A stretch of 38,903 nt of DNA from Firmicutes bacterium UBA1874 (GCA_002352935.1 DDHO01000004.1:7714-46616); one strand, 5' to 3'. Positions 9,295 through 17,733 are shown, numbered from the stretch's first letter. Program-made: numbers and translations. The notes: generated from the letters alone by a model not told the origin.

Positions 9295-10225
9295 TTATAA
9301 ACAGATAATGGAAGCTTTAAATAAGGCCGGGGGAGATGACAAAATACTAAAAGATGAAAGTATAGCACATTTGGTTATCGAGGGGAACGAGGTATTAAGC
9401 TCTCATAATATTGAGGGGTTAGAATTAGAAGCTAAGGAAAAATCTAGAGAAAAAGTAGTTTTATACATGGTTGTACGTAAAGGTTATAGAATAAAAAAGC
9501 CCGTGCACCTCTGCTTTGGAATGCTTCCGGAAGAAGGCAAACAGAATATAGTTATGGATATTTGTCTGGAGGACAATACTTCCATAGATATCCTGGCCCA
9601 TTGTGTTTTCCCGAATGCTGTGAATGTAAAACATCTTATGGATGCGTCCATCAAGGTGGGAAACAATAGTGATTACCGCTATCGTGAAAGTCATTTTCAC
9701 GGAGAAAACGGGGGGGTGGAAGTGGATGCTAAAGCAAAACTATTTTTAGGAAACGACAGTCTTCTAAGTACTACTTTTAGTGTACTTAATGGCAGGGCGG
9801 GTAAGATTAGTATAGACTATGAAACTGAGATCTGGGATAATTCTAAACTGGAAATGTCTGCTAAAATTAGCGGTTATGAGGAAGATGACATTTACATTCG
9901 TGAGGCAGGTCTGCTTAAAGGAACTAATTCCAGGGGGGTATTGGACACGAGAATCGCCCTCAGAGATAAAGCACGGGCTGAAATATATAATGAACTTACC
10001 GCACAAGCTCCTGGTGCAAGGGGCCATGTGGACTGTACTGAAATCATACAGGACGAAGCTCGGGCTAAGGCTATACCTGTCGTAACCGTTTGCCATCCTG
10101 AAGCAAAAATAACGCATGAAGCGGCTATCGGAAGCGTGGACAGCAAACAACTCCAAACTCTTATGGCACGCGGACTCGACAAGGACCAGGCGGCTGCAGT
10201 TATTATAGAAGGGTTGCTTACCTGA
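9287..10225 (+). CDS. Short SufB/SufD-family (SufBD) protein
   Basis: The C-terminal block HEAAIGSVDSKQLQTLMARGLDKDQAAAVIIEGLL matches the conserved SufB/D C-terminus. The TTG start has AAGGAGG 9 nt upstream and overlaps the sufC stop by 8 nt (TTGAGTGA). Confidence 0.75.
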   Translation: MSDYKQIMEALNKAGGDDKILKDESIAHLVIEGNEVLSSHNIEGLELEAKEKSREKVVLYMVVRKGYRIKKPVHLCFGMLPEEGKQNIVMDICLEDNTSIDILAHCVFPNAVNVKHLMDASIKVGNNSDYRYRESHFHGENGGVEVDAKAKLFLGNDSLLSTTFSVLNGRAGKISIDYETEIWDNSKLEMSAKISGYEEDDIYIREAGLLKGTNSRGVLDTRIALRDKARAEIYNELTAQAPGARGHVDCTEIIQDEARAKAIPVVTVCHPEAKITHEAAIGSVDSKQLQTLMARGLDKDQAAAVIIEGLLT

Positions 10226-10448
10226 ATTAATTTTTAAAATTGGTTAAAATTCCGCAAAAATTTTTAAATTAAAGCAAAAGTTTTACAAAAAAGGTAAATT
10301 ACTTTAACTTTTTAGATATGGAAACTATATAAAAAAACATGCAAATGCTACTTTTAATGCCTATTTTGCAAGCGGCCTGATTTTTGCGACAGGAAAATTT
10401 GTTCAGCTCAGGAAATATAATATTAAACATTTCCGGGGTTGAGCAGAT

Positions 10449-12842
10449 ATGCAGCGCCCGTTATTATGTCTTACTGTTTCGTTTGCAGCAGGAATATTGA
10501 TTGCCAACTTCTGGGAGACGGAAGTTGGTTTAGTATTATTGTGTGCTTTTCTTCTGATTCTCCTGATGGTGCTGGTAGCGATTACAGCTCCCCGGCGCGT
10601 TATAACTTTTTTATTGTTAGTCGCTGCCCTGTTTCTAGGGCTTTTAAGAACGGAGCTGGCGCCAGATGCTGCTTCCTCTTTAATATTAAACCATTTGGAT
10701 ACTCGTCTGACCATTACGGGAGTTATTGCTCAAGAACCAAGATTTTATTCCGAGAGGTCGGTCATTATACTGCATGCCAGTGAAGCAGAGCAGGGGGGCT
10801 GGAGAAAACAAATTGATGAAAAAATTCAGGTGACTGTTTTTTCGAAAAACCCTCTTCCCTATAAATTTGGTGACATAGTCAAGGTAACAGGACGGGTAAA
10901 GCTTCCTGACGAAAGGCGTAATCCGGGTGAATTTGACTACCGGGACTACCTGGCCCGAAGGGGTATTTTCAGTACAGTAGCGGCGAGCGAAGAAGATATT
11001 GTAAAAGTTGGTGAGGCCGGGGGTTTATTGAGAACCATCATGTGCTGTGTTTTGGCGGCTAAAGATAACGTCAAAGATCTGGTTGATAAGGCGCTGGCTC
11101 CCGGCGAAGCGGGGCTTCTTTATGCTGTGCTCTTCGGGGAGAAAGAGTACTTAGGAGACAGTCAAAAAGAAGTCTTTCAGTCTTTAGGCCTGATGCATGT
11201 ATTTGCCGTATCCGGCCTTCATACAGGCTTTGTGCTTCTTTTTTTGATGGCAGTTACTTCCCTGTTCCGTCTACCAAAGTTGTGGTCATACCTGTTATCC
11301 GGATGCGGTCTTTTGTTTTTTGCAGCCCTGAGTGGGTTTTCACCTTCTGTAAGTCGTGCATGTATCATGGCGGGTTTTGTGCTGCTTGCTGATCTATGCA
11401 TGAGGGAAAGGGATTTTTACACGTCACTGGCGGCGGCTGCCTTAGTCATACTTTTTATCAGGCCCGGAGCCCTTTTTGACGCAGGTTTTCAACTATCATT
11501 TATTGCAACTTTTGGAATAGTTTACCTGTTTCCGTTTTTTGAGGAATTGTTGAAGTTTTTACCCAAATGGAGACGGTTTATAATTGTACCTTTAGCAGCT
11601 CAGATATCTGTTTTGCCGGTAGTGGCCTATAATTTCAATGTCCTTTCTTTGGCGGGAGTTTTGGTAAACATTCCAATTGCGGCAGTAGTAGGTGCAGTAG
11701 TGATACTTGGTCTCGCCACGTTTATTTTTTCAAATATTCTTCCTTTTGCTGGCATGCTGACAGCTTACGCCGCAGGGGCCATACTTCACGAAATTCAGGC
11801 TCTTTTAAATAAAGCTGCAGACGTTCCCGGAGTGGCTGTTACTGTTGCTACGCCGAAATTTAGTGAAATTGCTGTATATTATATGTTCTTGATTTTGTCT
11901 AGAGAAATTTGGCTGAACAGGTCAAAATTAAAAGAATTTTTTACCTTCAGCAGCACTTTTTCTTTTATGCCTTTTCGTTTATATTTACTTCCCGTTTTTT
12001 TAGTTGTTTCCTCGTTTTTTATCTTTTCTTGGCCGGAGGGGATTTTTAAACGACCGGATCTCGAGATTACTTTTTTAGATGTAGGCCAGGGATCTTCTGT
12101 ATTTATTAAAACCCCCGGTGGAAAAACAATACTTCTGGATGGTGGCGGCAAAGCAGGAGATTTTGATGTGGGAGAAGAAAAAATTCTTCCATTTTTAGCT
12201 CATTGCGGTATCCGCAGGTTAGATGTGATAGTAAGCAGTCACCCGCATATAGACCATCTGGAGGGGCTGGTTGCGGTAGTCAAGAAGTTACCCGTTTCAC
12301 TGATTGTCACCCCATGCGCTGAATATATGTACAAGGATTACTATCCTTTAATCAGGGAAATCCAAAAAGAAAATGTGCAATGGTCTCAAGTTAAAGGCCG
12401 TATGAAGCTTTTAGTCGATCCATCACTTGACATTACAATTTTTGCGCCGCAGCACTATTTGGAGGAGGAAAATATAAATAATTGCTCTCTCGTCATTAAA
12501 ATGACTTATGAGAAGACGAAATTTTTATTTACGGGAGATATAGAGGCAGATAGAATGAAATCTATGGCAGCCCAGTTCCCCCTGCTTGAAAGCAACGTGC
12601 TGCTTTCTCCCCACCATGGAAGCAAACTATCTTTTTATCGTCCTTTTCTAGAAGCTGTTAAGCCGGAAGCAGTAGTTTTTCAGGTAGGTAAAAATAATTC
12701 TTTCGGTCATCCTGATCCTTCAGTGCTTAGTTATTGGACCAACAGAGGAGTGGAAATATATCGCACCGATCTTCACGGTGCTATAATTATTAAGAGCAAC
12801 GGGCAGGTACTTGACATTAAGACTGTCTTAAGGCGGGAATAA
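10449..12842 (+). CDS. comEC: DNA internalisation competence protein ComEC/Rec2
   Basis: Polytopic membrane N-terminal part with VFAVSGLHTGF (competence domain) and a C-terminal metallo-beta-lactamase domain with SSHPHIDHLEG; 797 aa. Confidence 0.9.
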   Translation: MQRPLLCLTVSFAAGILIANFWETEVGLVLLCAFLLILLMVLVAITAPRRVITFLLLVAALFLGLLRTELAPDAASSLILNHLDTRLTITGVIAQEPRFYSERSVIILHASEAEQGGWRKQIDEKIQVTVFSKNPLPYKFGDIVKVTGRVKLPDERRNPGEFDYRDYLARRGIFSTVAASEEDIVKVGEAGGLLRTIMCCVLAAKDNVKDLVDKALAPGEAGLLYAVLFGEKEYLGDSQKEVFQSLGLMHVFAVSGLHTGFVLLFLMAVTSLFRLPKLWSYLLSGCGLLFFAALSGFSPSVSRACIMAGFVLLADLCMRERDFYTSLAAAALVILFIRPGALFDAGFQLSFIATFGIVYLFPFFEELLKFLPKWRRFIIVPLAAQISVLPVVAYNFNVLSLAGVLVNIPIAAVVGAVVILGLATFIFSNILPFAGMLTAYAAGAILHEIQALLNKAADVPGVAVTVATPKFSEIAVYYMFLILSREIWLNRSKLKEFFTFSSTFSFMPFRLYLLPVFLVVSSFFIFSWPEGIFKRPDLEITFLDVGQGSSVFIKTPGGKTILLDGGGKAGDFDVGEEKILPFLAHCGIRRLDVIVSSHPHIDHLEGLVAVVKKLPVSLIVTPCAEYMYKDYYPLIREIQKENVQWSQVKGRMKLLVDPSLDITIFAPQHYLEEENINNCSLVIKMTYEKTKFLFTGDIEADRMKSMAAQFPLLESNVLLSPHHGSKLSFYRPFLEAVKPEAVVFQVGKNNSFGHPDPSVLSYWTNRGVEIYRTDLHGAIIIKSNGQVLDIKTVLRRE

Positions 12843-12959
12843 TAAGACAGAACCAAGTTAGTAGCACGAAGAACTTAAGTGTGTTAGGATAAAATGGGTA
12901 TTGGGGTACTGTTTGCTGTAAAGTCCGGAGATAATAGAAAGCCTGGTTGTTTATATATT

Positions 12960-12979
12960 GGCTTGGAAAAAAGCCTTTT
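12960..12979 (+). terminator. Weak hairpin plus T-run downstream of comEC
   Basis: ggctt-ggaaaa-aagcc followed by tttt. The stem is only 5 bp. Confidence 0.3.
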
Positions 12980-13015
12980 CGATAAAAATGCTGGCTATGC
13001 GGAGGAATTGCTCAA

Positions 13016-14167
13016 GTGAAAAAAATTTATTTGGATAACGCGGCTACTTCTTGGCCCAAACCGGGAGAAATGGTGAAAGCCATGAAATATTTTTTTGAGG
13101 AAATCGGCTGCAGCCCTGGCAGGGGTGGTTATGAATGTTCTTTGAAAGCAGGAAGGATTGTCTTAGAGGCAAGGTTAAAACTGTCGGAGTTTTTTAACAT
13201 TCCTGCTGCTGAACAAGTAATTTTTACGCAAAATGTTACTCACTCCTTAAATTTTGCAATTAAAGGACTTCTGGCCGAAGGTGATCACGTTATCACAACT
13301 TGTATGGAACATAACGCCGTAATACGTCCTTTAAGGCGGTTGGAAAACGAAGGCATTATAGAAATAAGTTTTCTTCCCTGCAATGAAGAAGGTTTACTTT
13401 CATGTGATAACATTGAACAGTATATCAAAAGTAACACTAAGATGCTTATTGTCACCCATGCTTCCAACGTTACGGGAAGCTTGATGCCTGTAGAAAGGTT
13501 GGGGAATATAGCTAAAAAAAATAGCATAATTTTTGTTCTTGATGCAGCTCAAACAGCAGGAGTTTATTCCATAGATTTTCAAAAGTTGAATTTGGATCTT
13601 CTTGCCTTTACAGGCCATAAAGGGCTTTTGGGCCCCCCGGGAACGGGCGGCTTTGCGATTAGTAAAAGGGCGGCTAAGGAGATGAAAACTCTCATAGAAG
13701 GGGGTACCGGGAGCATTTCTGACAGTGAATACCAGCCCGATTTTCTGCCGGATAAATTTGAAAGCGGCACTCTAAATGTTGCCGGGATTGCCGGTTTAAA
13801 AGCCAGCGTAGATTTTATCATGAACGAAGGATTGCAGACGATCAGGGAGCATGAATTAAATTTGCTTGAGATATTATATCAGGGCCTAAAAAATATAAGA
13901 GGAATTAATGTTTATGGTCCAAAGAGCCTTAATTTAAGGACACCTACGATATCCATAACTGCTGAAGGGTGTGATGTGGGAGAAATGAGTTATAATTTGG
14001 ACAGGGAACACGGAATTATGGTCCGTTCTGGACTTCACTGTGCCCCGCTGGCACATAAAACAATAGGGACTTTTCCTGAAGGGACTTTAAGGTTCAGCAT
14101 CGGTTGTTTTAATACAGAGGAAGAGGTCCATTATGTTTTAAAATGCTTACAAAAGATGAAAATCTAA
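13016..14167 (+). CDS. Class-V aminotransferase, cysteine desulfurase family
   Basis: PLP-lysine block FTGHKGLLGPPGTGG and active-site Cys block RSGLHCAPLAH. The GTG start has GGAGGA 9 nt upstream. Confidence 0.85.
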   Translation: MKKIYLDNAATSWPKPGEMVKAMKYFFEEIGCSPGRGGYECSLKAGRIVLEARLKLSEFFNIPAAEQVIFTQNVTHSLNFAIKGLLAEGDHVITTCMEHNAVIRPLRRLENEGIIEISFLPCNEEGLLSCDNIEQYIKSNTKMLIVTHASNVTGSLMPVERLGNIAKKNSIIFVLDAAQTAGVYSIDFQKLNLDLLAFTGHKGLLGPPGTGGFAISKRAAKEMKTLIEGGTGSISDSEYQPDFLPDKFESGTLNVAGIAGLKASVDFIMNEGLQTIREHELNLLEILYQGLKNIRGINVYGPKSLNLRTPTISITAEGCDVGEMSYNLDREHGIMVRSGLHCAPLAHKTIGTFPEGTLRFSIGCFNTEEEVHYVLKCLQKMKI

Positions 14168-14227
14168 TGGTTTTAAAGATAGATTAATTTCTTGAGCAGT
14201 TGTTAAATTTAAAAGGAGAAGAGTAAT

Positions 14228-15274
14228 ATGTCAGGCAAAAAAAGTAAAGCTTCAAAAGTAGTCAGCTATCAGGAATTTTCTAGAATAACTTCGTGCGGAA
14301 AAATATATCCCGTTTACTTGTTTTGCGGAGAGGAAAGAAAGTTGTTACATGATGCCTTAAATCTTTTAAAGTCAAAAGTATTATCTTCTACATCGGGTTC
14401 TTTAAACTTTGAAAAAGTTTCCAATAAAGAAGTCCACTGGCAAGAAATCCTTACAAATGCTGCGGTATTACCCCTTTTTGCTACCCACAGGATGCTAGTT
14501 GTGGAGGATTTCTTTATGCTGGAGTTGGGTAAAAGGGAAGAGACAGGTCAAGATGCAGCAGAACTTTTAACATACCTTGAAAACCCGTGTCCAAGTACCT
14601 GTCTTGTACTTATTACCGGTCCGAAGGTTGATACCCGGAAAAAAATCTATAAAAAAATTCTAAACAGAGGACTAATTGTTTACATGAGACCTTTTCAGCA
14701 CCGGGCTGCACTTTCTTGGATAAAAAGTGAATTTAACAGAAAAGGTAAGGAAGTAACTAATGATGTCCCCCCCTACCTCTTAACTGCTGTTGGAAATAAT
14801 TTATCTATATTAAATCTTGAGATAGAAAAACTTGTCTCTTATGTCGGCCATGAACAAGTAGTTAACAAAGAAATGGCCCAAAAAGTAGTTGCAGGTATAG
14901 CAGAACCCCAAGTTTTTGATTTAGTAGATGCAGTTGGGATAAAAAATACTATTAAAGCAATTTGCGAGCTGCGGTCTTTATTAAACCGCGGAGAACCCCC
15001 AATTTTTATTTTATATATGCTGGCAAGGCAGTTTCGCCTGCTTATGAAGACCAAAGTTTTATTATCTAAGAAATTGACCTTTTCGGAGATAGCCAGTCAA
15101 TTACATATTCCACCTTTTGTGGCCCGAAAAGTTATTCAACAAACTAATTATTATAATTTTGAAAATATTGAATTCGTTTTTAAGCAGCTCCTAAAAATGG
15201 ATCAGGAAATTAAATCCAACGTGACTGACAAATTGACAGTACTGGAGCTTGGAATAATTAAGCTATGTAAATAA
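14228..15274 (+). CDS. holA: DNA polymerase III delta subunit
   Basis: About 348 aa, with the N-terminal YLFCGEE motif typical of HolA. It holds the conserved position between comEC and rpsT. AAAGGAGAAG lies before the ATG. Confidence 0.8.
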   Translation: MSGKKSKASKVVSYQEFSRITSCGKIYPVYLFCGEERKLLHDALNLLKSKVLSSTSGSLNFEKVSNKEVHWQEILTNAAVLPLFATHRMLVVEDFFMLELGKREETGQDAAELLTYLENPCPSTCLVLITGPKVDTRKKIYKKILNRGLIVYMRPFQHRAALSWIKSEFNRKGKEVTNDVPPYLLTAVGNNLSILNLEIEKLVSYVGHEQVVNKEMAQKVVAGIAEPQVFDLVDAVGIKNTIKAICELRSLLNRGEPPIFILYMLARQFRLLMKTKVLLSKKLTFSEIASQLHIPPFVARKVIQQTNYYNFENIEFVFKQLLKMDQEIKSNVTDKLTVLELGIIKLCK

Positions 15275-15307
15275 AACACCTGTAACCTTGAATGGAAACA
15301 GGTGTTT
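15274..15307. terminator. Bidirectional rho-independent terminator between convergent holA and the Q-rich gene
   Basis: aaacacctgt (15274-15283) pairs with acaggtgttt (15298-15307), a perfect 10-bp stem. A/T runs lie on both sides. Confidence 0.7.
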
Positions 15308-15327
15308 AAATGTTTTATTTGTTTAGC

Positions 15328-15513
15328 TTATTGTTTTTGAGCTTTATACTGCTGTTTTTGCTGCTCGCGTTGAATTTCTTCCGGAGTTTTAGCTATTCCC
15401 GGCTGCTTGTAACCTTGCGCAAATTCAGTTTTTACTTTTTGCTGCCTTTGTTGGATTTTTTGTTGACGTTTTAACTGTTTTTGCTGTTGCTGTTGCTGTG
15501 TGTTTTGAGCCAT
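15328..15513 (-). CDS. Hypothetical small Gln/Lys-rich protein (61 aa)
   Basis: AAAGGAGGG lies 7 nt before the ATG, and the gene has its own terminator (15274-15307) and a candidate promoter. 23 of 61 residues are Gln and 13 are Lys/Arg; there is no hydrophobic core. Confidence 0.6.
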   Translation of the reverse strand: MAQNTQQQQQQKQLKRQQKIQQRQQKVKTEFAQGYKQPGIAKTPEEIQREQQKQQYKAQKQ

Positions 15514-15560
15514 AAATTTCCCTCCTTTCTTTTATAGTATTCCTTTTAAGAAAGGAGATA

Positions 15561-15589
15561 ATAATAGAAGTTATTGACGCTGTTGTTAA
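15561..15589 (-). promoter_or_regulatory. Candidate sigma-A promoter for the Q-rich gene
   Basis: On the minus strand: TTAACA - 17 nt - TATTAT, about 45 nt upstream of the ATG. Confidence 0.35.
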
Positions 15590-15615
15590 TATAATTAATA
15601 AAATGGTTAAAAAAT

Positions 15616-15637
15616 TAAAAACCCCCACTTTTGAGGG
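15616..15637 (-). terminator. Weak terminator after rpsT
   Basis: On the minus strand: ccctc-aaaagt-ggggg (5-bp stem with one G-U pair) followed by TTTTT, immediately after the rpsT stop. Confidence 0.35.
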
Positions 15638-15638
15638 T

Positions 15639-15911
15639 TTAATCTTCCTGATTAAAATTATTTAAGTGCTTTGTTAATTGAGATTTTTTGCGTGCTGCTT
15701 TGTTTCTATGGATAACTCCCTTGTGAGCGGCTTTATCTAATAGTTTAACAGCGTTTTTCAGTTTTTCTTTTGCTTCATCCTGGTTTTCATCAGCCATTGC
15801 CTTTTTAAAATCTTTTATCGTAGTCTTTATACGGGATTTAACATAACGATTTCGGGATGTTCTTTTTTTAATTTGCTTTACACGTTTGGCTGCTGATGCG
15901 GTGTTAGGCAA
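15639..15911 (-). CDS. rpsT: 30S ribosomal protein S20
   Basis: The TTG start gives MPNTASAAKRVKQIKKRTSRNR, matching the canonical S20 N-terminus (MPNIKSA.KR). AGGAG lies 9 nt upstream. The track's GTG at 15920 overlaps the SD. Confidence 0.93.
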   Translation of the reverse strand: MPNTASAAKRVKQIKKRTSRNRYVKSRIKTTIKDFKKAMADENQDEAKEKLKNAVKLLDKAAHKGVIHRNKAARKKSQLTKHLNNFNQED

Positions 15912-15956
15912 ATATTTCACCTCCTAGAATTTAAAGCCCCTTTTATAACAAGCTAT

Positions 15957-15985
15957 ATTCTATCACGACAGAAAGAAAATGACAA
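15957..15985 (-). promoter_or_regulatory. Candidate sigma-A promoter of rpsT
   Basis: On the minus strand: TTGTCA - 17 nt - TAGAAT with an extended -10 TG (gTGaTAGAAT). Confidence 0.5.
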
Positions 15986-16051
15986 GAAAAAGAAAATATA
16001 ATCAAGCAAGGTATAGTCTTTCTCTTAACAGGTAAAGCTATAGGCAAAATA

Positions 16052-16399
16052 ATGAAGGGAGTGCAAAAATTGATCGGTGCTGTAATTCGTTTTATTGTCT
16101 CTGCCCTTGTTTTACTTCTTGTTGGTTGGCTACTTCCCGGTATAGAAGTAGCAGGTTTTACAGGAGCCCTAATTGCTGCTGTGGTTATTGCGGTACTCGG
16201 ATATGTTGTCGAAGCTTTACTGGGAGAAAGGATATCTCCCCGTAATAGAGGTATTGTTGGATTTATAACTGCAGCGGTAATTATTTACGTAGCTCAATTT
16301 ATAATACCGTCGTATTTATCGGTTAACATTCTTGGAGCCATATTAGCTGCTTTAGTAATCGGAATAATTGATGCCTTTGTTCCGACTCAATTACGTTAA
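16052..16399 (+). CDS. Small polytopic membrane protein, phage-holin-4_2/DUF360-like
   Basis: About 110 aa and almost entirely hydrophobic, with the repeated LPGIEVAGFTGALIAAVV-type motif seen in the DUF360/holin-4 family. An alternative TTG start at 16070 has GGGAG 8 nt upstream. Confidence 0.7.
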   Translation: MKGVQKLIGAVIRFIVSALVLLLVGWLLPGIEVAGFTGALIAAVVIAVLGYVVEALLGERISPRNRGIVGFITAAVIIYVAQFIIPSYLSVNILGAILAALVIGIIDAFVPTQLR

Positions 16400-16426
16400 T
16401 TATCTTTAACCTGACAAGCACGGTCC

Positions 16427-16456
16427 AAGCACGGTCTGCAGACCGTGCTTTTTTAA
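16427..16456 (+). terminator. Rho-independent terminator
   Basis: aagcacggtc-tgca-gaccgtgctt, a perfect 10-bp stem, followed by TTTTTT. An extra direct copy of aagcacggtc lies just upstream at 16416-16425. Confidence 0.8.
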
Positions 16457-16464
16457 TTTTTCGG

Positions 16465-16492
16465 GCATATTTCTAAATTTAAAACATATATA
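16465..16492 (+). promoter_or_regulatory. Candidate sigma-E-type sporulation promoter for spoIIP
   Basis: GCATATT - 13 nt - CATATATA, compared with the mother-cell sigma-E consensus kmATATT-N13/15-CATACAmT. The -10 matches only partially. Confidence 0.35.
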
Positions 16493-16560
16493 TTAGTAAT
16501 AATTACCAAAAATTAGCATAAATTTTATTGCTTTATTTTGTAATTCGAGGAGGAACACAG

Positions 16561-17733
16561 TTGGCCCGTGTATGTATAATTTCTGGAAGAAGACGACGAC
16601 CGCGCAGGAGCAAGTCAGTAAAGTTTTTGTATTTTATTTTTTTAATAATTTTTCTTACTATAATTTACCGAATGTACTTTGCTAATGTAACGCCTAACGG
16701 TTCTCTTTTACCTAAAAAAGAACATGCTGCTGTTTTAGACCTTGACAAGTTAAGGGCTTACATAATCTTATCCGATAGCACCTGGAAGTATGCTTTAGAA
16801 GCAGGGCTTCCAGCAATAAATTCCACCTTTAATTCCCCATCTTCGGGACGTAATGCAAAAGAAATAATGCAGGAGGCGGTATTGAATTTTACACGTGCAG
16901 ATTTAGAAAACCCTAAAAGACTTATTGCTTCCCAAATGGGCTTTATTTTGAAAGATAAAGAATTTTACGGGGAAAAAGACGGTGCGGAAACTGGTTTAAA
17001 GGAGACTTCAAATATTGATGAAAATAAATTTAAGGAGATGGAAGAACCTAATACTAAAAGCGGTGAAAATATTCCTGTACCCGAAACACAGGAAGCTTTT
17101 GTTTTTGGGAATAGACCTTTAGTGGGTATTTACCATACCCATGGTTCGGAAACGTTTATCCCTACTCATGGGAAAGCTAGAATGGATGATGGAAGTAGCG
17201 GTGGGGTTGTTAAAGTTGCTCAAACCTTAGCCGGGACCTTAGAAAAGAAACACGGTATTAAAACAGTTTATGCACCTGATATTCATGACTACCCTAGTTT
17301 TGAGTTATCTTACAGTCGTTCGGCGGAAACGGCCAAAGAGATGCTAAAAAAACACCCCGGTATACAGATTTTAATTGATGTACACAGAGATGCCGGTGTG
17401 CCCGACAGGGAAGTGGTTAAGATTGATGGAGAAAACGCAGCCCGGATACTGATAATAATTGGAAACAATTCACGTCTTGCACATCCTCACTGGCAACAAA
17501 ATTACCAATTCGCCCGGAAGGCGGCTTCAATTATGGAGGAGACTTATCCCGGCCTGCTAAGAGAAACACGTGTAAAGAACGGGAGGTACAACCAGCATCT
17601 GCATCCCCATGCTTTGTTGGTAGAAATAGGAAACACAAATAATTCCCTGGAAGAAGCTCAAAATGCTGCAAAATTACTGGCAGACGTCCTGGCCAAATTG
17701 ATTAAAGAAGACATGGCTTCCTCCAAAATTTAA
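16561..17733 (+). CDS. spoIIP: Stage II sporulation protein P
   Basis: VGIYHTHGSETF and IDVHRDA blocks of the SpoIIP amidase family, N-terminal basic and TM segment, and the conserved position after rpsT. The TTG at 16561 has GAGGAGG 7 nt upstream; the track's start at 16528 was trimmed. Confidence 0.88.
   Translation: MARVCIISGRRRRPRRSKSVKFLYFIFLIIFLTIIYRMYFANVTPNGSLLPKKEHAAVLDLDKLRAYIILSDSTWKYALEAGLPAINSTFNSPSSGRNAKEIMQEAVLNFTRADLENPKRLIASQMGFILKDKEFYGEKDGAETGLKETSNIDENKFKEMEEPNTKSGENIPVPETQEAFVFGNRPLVGIYHTHGSETFIPTHGKARMDDGSSGGVVKVAQTLAGTLEKKHGIKTVYAPDIHDYPSFELSYSRSAETAKEMLKKHPGIQILIDVHRDAGVPDREVVKIDGENAARILIIIGNNSRLAHPHWQQNYQFARKAASIMEETYPGLLRETRVKNGRYNQHLHPHALLVEIGNTNNSLEEAQNAAKLLADVLAKLIKEDMASSKI

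Noticed and set aside
10226-10448. AT-rich comEC upstream region with reiterated TTTTTAAA(A)TT motifs as a regulatory array
   Set aside because: The repeats are short and degenerate and are expected by chance in DNA this AT-rich. No dyad or spaced-box organisation could be defined.
10403-10783. ORFs 10403..10714 (-) and 10439..10783 (+) at the comEC 5' end
   Set aside because: Both overlap the ComEC N-terminal membrane domain in other frames. The comEC frame continues for 797 codons with recognisable domains.
15425-15628. 67-aa minus-strand ORF with a TM-like N-terminus overlapping the Q-rich gene
   Set aside because: Its GTG start lies inside the rpsT terminator stem and has no SD. The hydrophobic stretch is a translation of AT-rich promoter DNA, and the strong SD+ATG of the other frame lies within it.
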